DNA of 60,000 bases from Mobula hypostoma. Its lineage: Eukaryota. A program made the translations under genes and the position numbers. Below are positions 50,451 through 60,000 of the stretch, piece by piece. The stretch spans positions 149,546,001 to 149,606,000 of the forward strand of contig NC_086097.1 of assembly GCF_963921235.1 (NCBI RefSeq), given 5' to 3'. How positions within the stretch are numbered: the first letter of the stretch is position 1; each line of letters opens with the position of its first letter. The notes under the pieces were generated by a model. It was not told where the DNA came from, ran no database searches, and saw only the letters and a program-made list of their open reading frames with translations.

Positions 50451-51961
50451 CTGATTGTATTCAAATATGAAACAATGATTTCTTTAAGATGTTCTTACCA
50501 CTATAACAACAACGAGTGATCTTTTGTAAGTAGTCAGGACTATTGAAGTATGATTTTTATGTATAGTGTGTTATGCATTCAACCTCCAGTCAATTAGCAC
50601 ATCTCTGAATCCAGAACCAATTCACAAGGGTTAGAATTTTAATTATTTTACAATATTACAAGGTAGAAATTGAGCAATATAAACAACAATTCAATATACT
50701 TTTTTGTCATGTGTTTGTGAGTACTTGTATATTTAAATTAAGAATATTGATCTTTTTGTTACCTTGTCAATCATCTGCTGATAAGCACGTCATCCCCTTT
50801 TCTAGAAACAATTTCAGGCCATGGAACTTCCTTTCGGAAGCAGAGTACAACCCATTAATTCTATTATATAAACACACATTGATACTACAGTTCATCTGAG
50901 GACAATGCACGCAGTATGTGCACATTGTGTATCAGTATACTTGTTGCTGTATCTTAATCTATTTGTGTGTGCAGACATTTATTAGTATTGATGTGGGTCC
51001 TTGTGCTTGTGTGCTCATGACTCATGGGTGGGGAAGTAAGAGCCTGACTGGATGAAGCAGGCTGCCACAAGAACGACAACCAATCACTTTTAAATATCTA
51101 AACTGAAACAAGTTTGGATGGTATGGTCAGACTCCAATGTGTAAGTAATGCTTCCATTGCCCCTTACTTTTTTATTGACCACATTTTAAAAAGTATTAAT
51201 TTTTTGGACTCGGGGGTTTCCCATGTATACGGTTATGTCCTTGTCTGTTTTCGTAGTTGCCTTAATGGATAAAGGTCTGAAGAATTAATGAGAAAATTTG
51301 CATCGTTTGTACGACAAGGTCCCTTATGTCCAACTTGGCCTTTTGACAGTGCTAGGAATGTGTGTCATCAAGCTAATTGACAGTGGAGCATTTGACAGTA
51401 GAGCATTCTTTCTAATATCTAAATAATTTAAGTTTTAAACCCATAGAATGTTAGAAGAATATAAAGATTTCGCTAGAGTTTGTATGTGACCACAGCTGAT
51501 TTTTCTAGTCTAAAATTTGGATAAGCCCCTTCAGAAGAGGACAGGAAACATCACATATTGCACAACTCCACAAGAGAGCTGTCAAATTCAGCATTTAGAG
51601 GTGAGGCACAAGATTCCGCACTGCCTCAAAACTTTGACAGAATTATTCCCATTGAACAGGATGCCCTTCCTCAAATAGGATTTTGACATGGAAAACGTAT
51701 TATGTTACGCAACTTAAATAATCATATTTACAAAGCAGGTATCTCAGGATACGTGAGGAGAGGTCTTTGTGTGAACACTTGTGCACCAACAGAGTTACCT
51801 GAAGATGCAAATAAGCTGTTGTAAAAATTAGTGAAAAGATATAGAGAGCAGTCACATCTCCTGGTGCACAACACTGTGATGATGAATGGCGAAAGTCTCT
51901 GGCACAACACTTAATGGCTCACTTAAGGATGAGTAATTCACAAGCAGGTAAGGAGCACACA

Positions 51962-52190
51962 TTATTCAAAGTCATCCTCATACACATCTCCCATTGGTGA
52001 AGTAAGCAGGCAGCTGTGTCGGTTCTGAGCATTGGATTTGATAGATTGGTGCCATCTCTTGCTGCTGCCACCGTCAATTGAGTTGTTATCAAACTGTGAT
52101 AAGCTCATGTATGATGCAATACTGTGTCGCAGCCCATAACTGAGGAACGTTTCATTTTTGGCTGATAAGTTGTCACTCAGCAGGTCAGCT
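51962..52190 (-). CDS. SLA: Src-like adaptor, last coding exon
   Basis: ctgatag| acceptor. Encodes ADLLSDNLSAKNETFLSYGLRHSIASYMSLSQF...YEDDFE*, similar to human SYGLRESIASYLSL...YFED. Confidence 0.93.
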
Positions 52191-53835
52191 CTATCAGAGA
52201 ACCATAAGAAAAAAAAGAATTATTGCCCCTTCAGACACTAATTTTTTCAAATTATTATGTATCCTGTAATTGATTTCCAGCCATCAGTTATCCAATACTA
52301 TTTTGCACACATTTAGTGGTAAAATTTCTCAAGAAAGTTATTGTTAACAATGAGATATTGCTGACAGTTGTTAGCAATGGGTTAGAAAATGTCTGAGATA
52401 ACTAAAAAGATTGTCTAAAAGGTTGCTATTTTCTTCAGAAGATTTTCAGATCACTTGTAAAAGAGAGAGAATGTGAGGTGAGGAGGCTTGAATGTATTCC
52501 AGATTACTGGCATATGACTATTAACCAGTGTATTTCTTTAGCCACGGGGAGGTGAATCTGTGGAATTCATTGCCACAGATGACTTTGGAGACCATTTTGT
52601 ATAGTAAAGTGGAGCTTGATAGGTATTTGATTAGTAAGGGTGTCAAAGATTATTGGGAGAAGACAGGAGAATGATAGTAAATCAGATGTAACTGAATGGT
52701 GGAGCAGACTTGATGGGCAGCATGGCTTAATTCTGCTTTTGTGTCTGTCTATGTTAAGTGTCCCATTAATGGATAGAGAATGCAATGGAAACTACCCCAC
52801 AATGACTACATGATGTGCCAGTGATGGAAAGGAAGGCATCATGAAATACACAATAGCTTAAATGGCTTTTCCCCCCCCTGTTTGCCATTAACTAATAGAG
52901 CTAAGTAGTTACTGAAATGTGTAACTAGACGACCTGCATAGGACAAACTATTGAAGAATGAATGCATTGAAGAAAAAAATAAGACCATCAAATTAGTTTC
53001 AGAGAAAGGCACATCAGACCATCTTCATTATAGTTGTAGGAATTATGGTGAAGTAATGCAGTTTAGATACTTATGTACAAATGTTGTTAAAAAAGGTTGA
53101 TACAAAGCAGTAATTAAATTTACTGTTGAAATGAAAGCTTTATTTTAAGGATGTAACTGAATATGAAAGAATTTATAAATAGTTCTATACAGCTTTGGTA
53201 AGGCCTCTTCTCATCTGTCTTACACACTGCACTTATACTTTTAAACTTGTGTATAGAATATGTATATTGTGTGTCATTTATCATTTGCCATACTTGTTTA
53301 TAATTTATATTGGTGATTAAGATCATGAGAGAGATTAGAATTTGGAAGCAATTGTATACTAGGTCACATATCATATCAAGAATGGGTGAATGACCCCTGC
53401 CATAGAGCAAGATCTTAAATTTTCAAAGATATAGAGGTCAATAGTGTTGGAAGTTTTATAGGTAGAACATTATTGTTTGAAATGGAAACTGGGATATCTA
53501 AGTTACAATGCCAGTTTGGTTTAACTTGTGGGAAACTCCTATCAAATGAGTTAATGTGTTGAATTCTCCAGAGTTAATTTGTTTTATGGATCAGGCAATC
53601 TCTATGGAGAGAAGTTGACAAATCTTTTTGGGCTGTGACCCTTCATCTGGTGTTAGATCCGAAATGGCAACTGTCCATGTAGATGCTGTCTAAGTTCCTC
53701 CAACTTCTATGTGCTGTTCCAGATACCAACATCTAGAGTGTTTTGTGTCCTGTCACTAAGTTGTTTAGTCTTTGAAAATCAGCAGTTCCTGAGAATCTGT
53801 GGAAGAGGAGCTAATGAATGCTTTATTTCAGTTAC

Positions 53836-53959
53836 CTGTTGACATTTCTCCAGCTGAAGTTGCAGTTACGTAGGACAACTGGCTCTTCAGGAGGGCTTTC
53901 AGGGTTGAGCTGTGCGAGACACGGGTGGGTCAGCAAACAGCACAAACCATCTGCTACCT
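53836..53959 (-). CDS. SLA: Src-like adaptor exon (end of SH2)
   Basis: tttcag|...|gtaact, 124 bp. Encodes EVADGLCCLLTHPCLAQLNPESPPEEPVVLRNCNFSWRNVNR. Confidence 0.95.
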
Positions 53960-54047
53960 CTGAAATGAGAGACAGATGATTCATCAGTTCTATGTTGCCT
54001 GCAATTCCAACTGATCATTTTAAAGCACTGGAAATTGTGATACGCAC

Positions 54048-54197
54048 CGGAATAATGATTTACCAGATCTTCTAGACACTGAAAGGTGAGGCGTTCCTGG
54101 ATATAATACCACCTATTTGGCAAACGGAAGATCCGGTAATGCTTCACATATTTTTGATGTACAGTACTGTAGTGCCTGACAGAGAGGCAATATGTAC
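54048..54197 (-). CDS. SLA: Src-like adaptor exon (SH2)
   Basis: ttgcag|...|gtgcgt, 150 bp. Encodes [50 protein letters not shown], similar to human [33 protein letters not shown]. Confidence 0.97.
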
Positions 54198-54404
54198 CTG
54201 CAAGAACCAGCATGCAGTTACAAAAAAAAACTCACTTAAACCATGATAAATATAATGTGTTGATGTGCAACAGATGAAAAATATTCCACTAGAAAATACC
54301 ATCAGGAAACAGGGTCTGTTTTGCATCCAGTGGCTGTGTTTGAACCAGTGGGAGAGGAGGTAAAATTGGTGCTACTAGGTAGTTTTAAGTTTGTTGAGAT
54401 GTTT

Positions 54405-55162
54405 ACAACGTGAGCTTTATCATCTGCAGCTCAACATCAGTAAGACAAAGGCGATGGTGATAGACTTTAGGAAGACTAAAACTGCATTGCTTCCTGTTAC
54501 TATTGATGATGAAGATGTGGATGTGGTGAGGAGCTACAAGTACCTGGAGGTGCACTTGGATGACAGACTTTAGTGGAGCACCAACACAGAAGCTGTGTAC
54601 AAGAAGGGTTAGAGTCATCTCTACTTCCTGAGGAGACTGAGGTCCATTGGAGTATGCAGGCCTCCCCTTCACATGTTCCACCAGTCTGCTATCACCAACA
54701 CAATCTTCTATATGGTGGTGTGTTGGGAAAATGGCATCAACATGTGCGATGCCAACAGGCTCAGTAAACTGATTAGAAAGACTGGCTCTGTTATAGGAGT
54801 CAAACTGGACACACTGGAGGCTGTGGTAGAACAAAGGACCCTACAGAAAATCCTGGCAATTTTGGACAATGTTTCTCACCCTCTGCATGCCACCTTGGCT
54901 GAACAGAGGAGCACTTTTAGTAATAGATTAAGACAATTGTGCTGGTCCAAAAAGCGTTATAGGAAGTCATTCTTGCCCTTGGCCATTAGGCTCTATAATG
55001 AGTCAAGCAATAGCCAGGGAAGTGATGACACCTTCCTGTTGTGGTAACATATTTTCATTCTTTCTACTTCTCTCCTAATATTTATATCTGTGCACTTGTA
55101 ATGCTTCTGTGATACTGCAATTGCCTTTGAGATCAATAAAGAATCTATCTATCTATCTATCT
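54405..55162 (+). mobile_element. Rex1/Babar- or L2-like LINE 3' fragment
   Basis: HLQLNISKTKAMVIDFRK...YKYLEVHLDDRL and ILDNVSHPLH...RYRKSFLPLAIRLYN; ends in aataaa plus (atct)n. Confidence 0.8.
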
Positions 55163-56054
55163 GTCTCTATCTCTTTGCTCTTATACATTCTGTTCTGAAA
55201 GTTGCATCAAACACTAACTTGTACAGAGCAGCCTTTGATAATTTGTTGATTCAGACCCTGAATTTCAATACGGTGTTTTTCAAGCTATTATATGTGTGTC
55301 AGTAGAAATTGACAGAACATCTGCAGAAATAAACTGATGAGACAGTCTTGTGCTTCTGGATAATTTTGGGTCTGGGTGTGAGCAGAATTTTATAACAGCT
55401 GTCTTCACACATAAACCTAAAAGTATGTTAGAAATATTCTGTCAATAATCCTACTTAATAAAAATGGATTAGTATTCTCTTGGACAAATACAAAAAGATA
55501 AAAGGGTATCATTAATCATGATTGATCATACCCACATGTGTGAAATATGGCACAAACGTAATACAATAATGAGCATACATTTGGTAAAAATGTGGCATTT
55601 CCATCATAATCTATAGTTGAAGCAGAAGACAAACAAAAATTATCGAAATGAAAATAGAGTGAGTGAACAAGTGGAGTTTATCACCATATGCACAAGGGCA
55701 TGGAAAACTTGTTTATAGCAGCATCACAGACATGTAGCATCATATAAGCACCACTCGCAAGAAAAACATTAGTTAAATATAAATGATACAGGAAAGAACA
55801 TATTTAGAACAAATAAAAAGTAAAGTCCATTGTAACGCAAAGTGGACATAGTGTTGCTATGCTGAAGTGTGCAGGTTCTTTCAAAAACCGATTGGTTGAA
55901 ATAAAGCAACAGAAGAGTACAATCAGATTAGGTGAGTTATGCCTTGGAAATCACCAGTAGAAACCCATATGAGTTAATAGGTTCATCTCTGGCTAAATTG
56001 TTGCTGATTTTGTATGTGTTTTATTTTTGCGTATCATTGTACAGAAACACTTAC

Positions 56055-56158
56055 CTTTTCGGCTTTCGCTTTGCCTTATCAAGAAGGAACCCACTCTGTT
56101 GCCTGGCATCTGCAGTAACTCTTCTGCCTTTCCTCTTCCGATTCCTTCAAAGAGCCAG
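56055..56158 (-). CDS. SLA: Src-like adaptor exon (start of SH2)
   Basis: acacag|...|gtaagt, 104 bp. Encodes WLFEGIGRGKAEELLQMPGNRVGSFLIRQSESRK, similar to human WLFEGLGRDKAEELLQLP...GSFMIRES. Confidence 0.97.
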
Positions 56159-57898
56159 CTGTGTACAGAGCACGGTATCAGAGATCATTTACGAGATAAT
56201 TGGGGCCAGGAAGTGTTTCATGCTCAATTGAGTTCATTTATTATTTCAAAAAAAATTATCTTAAAATACCACTATTTCATCACTTGAAGGAGCATTTTAA
56301 GTTATGATTTGAAAGTCTTTCTATTACTGGAAGTACATGATCAAACTATCTTGGAAGAGCAGTTACCATTGGTTTGAAAGGAACCTATACATATTTGTTG
56401 TAAGGAAGTGGTGTTAGGACACTTGTAAAATATTAATGATATTAGACAGAAGCAACATGGACTTGTATATCGAAATCTATGTTCAGCAAGTCTAACAGAT
56501 ATTGCTGACAGTGTATCTCAGAGGGTAAATAATGAACAGATTTTCAAAATTTATTTGTTCAAAGGACCTCTTGAAACTCTGTTACATAAAGTAAGGCTTT
56601 CAATGGGAAGCATTAGTACAGATAACAAGTTGGTTCCAGGAGAGATTAGAGCAAGTCAGAATAAATATTACTTTTTTCAAGTTGGCAAATTGTTATCACT
56701 ATGGTACTGTAGAAATTAATTGTTTGCTCCCATCTGTTTACATTCTGTATTATGACTTGCATGAAATAACTAACTGTATCATGTACATTTGCTGTTAGAA
56801 CATGGGGATGGGCATAAGGGAAAAATGCAAAGCTTATGCAAAGGAATGCAGACATGTTAAGCAAGTGGGCAAGAAGACAGCAGATGCAGTGTGATAGAGG
56901 ATATGTGTGGTTATTCATTTTGATGGTAAGAGAAAAACAAGTTGTTTTTTAAATGGTAAGCACCTATTGGAAAAAGGTTCCGAAAAGGATCATGGTGTTC
57001 TAGTTCATGAGATACAGAAAGTTGGCACGCAAGTATGCAAAGCTCTTTAGTAAGGGATTTAGAGTACAGACGTAAGAAAGTCTTGCTGCAACGTAAAAAG
57101 AAATTACCAGGAGCCCCATTGTTAAAACCATATTAGCATTTACTGTTTCACAACTGACACTAAATTACTCCATGCATAAAATATGTGTGTTTAATACATG
57201 GCTAGATGCCAAGATAGCGACATTGTTTTGCACATGTCGATACAGACCTGCTTCAGCAAGACTTGAGAGACATTCTGAACTAGACCTATAACTATTTCTG
57301 AGGCACAGGAGTTCAACATAAGAAGCCACTTTTTTAGGTGGGTTCACTTTAATTTTGCTCATCCCTCACTGCAGGTCTAGGCTAGATTTCAACCTTCCTC
57401 AACTCAACATCTCTTGAGATTAGGCTTTGATTCAAGGCTGAAGATTTAGGTCTTCTAGCATCTGAGGAGCCGGTACATGTGATGGGATACGGGCTCCTCC
57501 AAAACCAATGGTCCAACTACTACCCGCCATAACGAATGTAGAGCTGTATGCCTTCTCCATACTTCCTAAATGAATTCATCCTAAAATTCTGTGTTCCTCC
57601 TAGCCTGGATTCTTTTGTAATCCCAATGTTGAACAATCCATGACTGGCAGCTTTGCCCACTGTTCCCTTGTCTTCAGGTTCTGGAATTCCCTTCCCAAAT
57701 CCATCATTCTACCACAACTTCTTCATTGGGTCTGCTTCTATGAGCGAATGTTTATCAACTGGCTAAATTTATGTGGCTCTGCTTCAAACTTTATTTAGTG
57801 ACACCCTTTTTCTACAATGAAGTCTTCATATAAATTAATTAAGGAAGAAACTCCAAGAAAGAAAAACTCAAAAATTGAATGGCATTTAACAAACTTAC

Positions 57899-57985
57899 CC
57901 GTGGTAAACTTGAGCTACACAGGTACGAGGGATGTAGTTCTCATGTCCAGCAACAATGGACCTTGCTCTCCACCAGTCACCTTCT
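57899..57985 (-). CDS. SLA: Src-like adaptor exon (second half of SH3)
   Basis: ttccag|...|gtaagt, 87 bp. Encodes EGDWWRARSIVAGHENYIPRTCVAQVYHG, similar to human EGGWWKAISLSTGRESYIPGICVARVYHG. Upstream exons appear to lie beyond the window. Confidence 0.96.
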
Positions 57986-58720
57986 CTGGAAAAGGTAAAA
58001 TGTTGAAATGAGAAGGCATCCACTTTATTAAGGGAAGTTAATATCTCCGTAACAATCTAGTGCCCTGCCTCAGCCAGATGTTGCTGAAACCCACATCTAT
58101 GCCTTTGTTGTTTTCAAACATAATTCCATTTCTGGCTTCCCAGTTTATACCCTCTGAAAACCTGAGGCCTTACAAAACTGTACAACCCTTGCCTTGCACA
58201 AGACTCTATTTACCTATCACACCCATACTGCTGACATGAATTATGCAATACGTCCAATTTCACCATAGTCTTGCCTATATATGTACCATCTTTGAGCTCT
58301 ATAACCCTAACCTGCTCATGAACAATTCTAACCACTTAAGCATCCGTTAGCTCGATTTTGGAGCATGTCATCACGTTTTTCATGTATTTATTGATTCAGT
58401 TTCAATACAAAATAAAACGATGGAAAATTGAGGTCTACTTTGAACTGGATGATTTTCCTTCCAGGTTCTCTGGTGCCAGAGATATTGACATCTGGAGAAG
58501 CCACATAAATGTTATGTGTGTGAGAGCAGATCTAAAGTGCTTTCTCAGTGATATATGATTTAACTCCTGACTTTCCAAAGACTTTCTACTATCTACAAGG
58601 TACAACTTAAAAATATGATGGAGTTTTCATGATTTGCTAGGATGAATATTACTTTAAAGCAGCCATAATCATGAAAGTTTTCTTCCTCCTTATCACTGCA
58701 TTCTGGCTTTAGTGTTCATC

Positions 58721-59722
58721 ATCTGCACAATGCACTGTGGAAGCATGCAAACATGTTTGACCCTCCTCATGCCTATGTGACCTTAAAGCACATCTGGCCT
58801 TAAAGTGCACTCCCTTGAACAAGTTCCAGTTCATCCTTGGCAATCTGCTTCAGGTGTTCCCTTTAAGTAATGTGCTCAGCTCTCCCGTGATCATAATTCC
58901 CCTACCTGCTTCCCATCATTATAGCATGCTGCCCTCCACCATGACCTTGTGACTACTCCTACTATTCTCACCATGTTCTAAGCAATGCCTCCATCCCAGT
59001 GCCTTGCCCACTGACAGAAATCTCCTCACTTCAACCACCCCACTGACCAATTGCTTCCACCTTGCTCTCAACACTGTTCCCCACCACCTCACCTCATGGA
59101 TCACCAATCATCCATCCCAAACAGCTACACCAGTTCATTTCTTCTAATTAATGACTACCCCAAACACCAACTCCTTGATCCTTCTCAATAACAATCCTTT
59201 GAAATCAGCTCTTCTCGTATTCAAGCCCTTTCCTGATACTGGAATTGATCTCTCCAACTACTGATTGGGACCGTCTATGCATAATGGGTCCTCTGCTGTT
59301 GTTCCACATCTTCTCCTTGCCCCAACTCTAATTAATGTGCTCACACCAGGTCTGGACTTTTTCAGTTGGTGCAGATTGTCACAGCTCGAGATGATCACAG
59401 CTCACCATAATTATTTTGGCCAACCTATTTTGTGGACCGTTTAGATAGATAGACATACTTTATTGATCCCGAGGGAAATTGGGTTTTGTTACAGTTGCAC
59501 CAACCAAGAATAGAGTATAATGCTAATTATAAAGCAGGTGGGGGAATTATGATCACGGGAGAGCTGAGCACATTACTTAAAGGGAACACCTGAAGCAGAT
59601 TGCCAAGGATGAACTGGAACTTGTTCAAGGAAGTTCACTTTAAGGCCACGTGTGTTTTAAGGTCACATATGCATGAGGAGGGTCAATCATGTTTGCATGC
59701 TTCTACAGTGCATTGTGTAGAT
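58721..59722. repeat. 191-bp inverted repeat (arms 58721-58911 and 59532-59722)
   Basis: Manual alignment: ungapped, about 10 mismatches in 191 bp, with a 620-bp spacer. Confidence 0.93.
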
Positions 59723-60000
59723 TAACGCTTAATGGTGTGATTTCTTTTTGATTCAATCAACTGTTTTGTAGTTCACTAAGGTTAACTTTGAGCTCCCAGT
59801 CACCTGTCATTTAAGCTCTTTATCTCACTCATATTCTGATCTCGCTGTCTTCCGCTTCCTATGTTACTCTAATGAGGCCCAAAATAGACCTGGGGAACAG
59901 CAGCACATCTTGTATTTGGGTATGTTGCAGCCCAGAAAAGCACCCCACTCAGTTTTGTTACTCTGTTATAGAAAAGGTGTCATTAAATGGGAAAGAGTGT

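Noticed and set aside
50600..51961. Exact SLA polyadenylation site
   Set aside because: There are several candidate signals on the minus strand (about 51171, 50978 and 50638), and sequence alone cannot choose among them.
56065..56090. SH2 signature FLIRQS instead of FLVRES as loss of function
   Set aside because: The critical betaB5 Arg is retained, and such substitutions occur in functional SH2 domains.
58430..58530. Possible upstream SLA SH3 exon (minus-strand YVASPDV resembles DYPSPDI)
   Set aside because: There is no GEKLxV(I/L)S continuation and no convincing splice sites, so it is probably chance. The exon is likely beyond the window.
1..60000. Most ORFs in the supplied track; prokaryotic-type systems (CRISPR, operons)
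   Set aside because: The ORFs are LINE or transposon relics, antisense shadows, or exon read-throughs into introns. The DNA is intron-rich vertebrate sequence with no repeat-spacer arrays.

Overview
Vertebrate genomic DNA, most likely from a cartilaginous fish (ray/batoid; inferred from HE1/V-type SINEs, Deu-type SINEs and abundant CR1 and Penelope relics). The + strand carries 13 consecutive exons of thyroglobulin (TG), equivalent to human exons 29-41: the type-3 repeat region plus the first half of the cholinesterase-like (ChEL) domain. All have GT-AG splice sites and consistent phases. Between the exon-37 and exon-38 equivalents lies an extra, intact, symmetric phase 1-1 exon (36856-36972) encoding a complete 8-Cys somatomedin-B (SMB) domain, which I do not know from any described thyroglobulin. 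This is the main candidate novelty. In the intron after the exon-41 equivalent, five coding exons of SLA (Src-like adaptor; end of SH3, SH2 and C-terminal tail) lie nested on the - strand, as in mammals. The introns are packed with CR1 LINEs (one near full length), Penelope-like relics carrying minimal hammerhead ribozyme motifs, SINEs, and hAT (Charlie3-like, Charlie4-like), pogo and Tc1 DNA transposons. There is also a 191-bp inverted repeat and a perfect 26-bp hairpin. Human exon numbers, exon sizes and repeat consensus comparisons are from recall, not from a database search.
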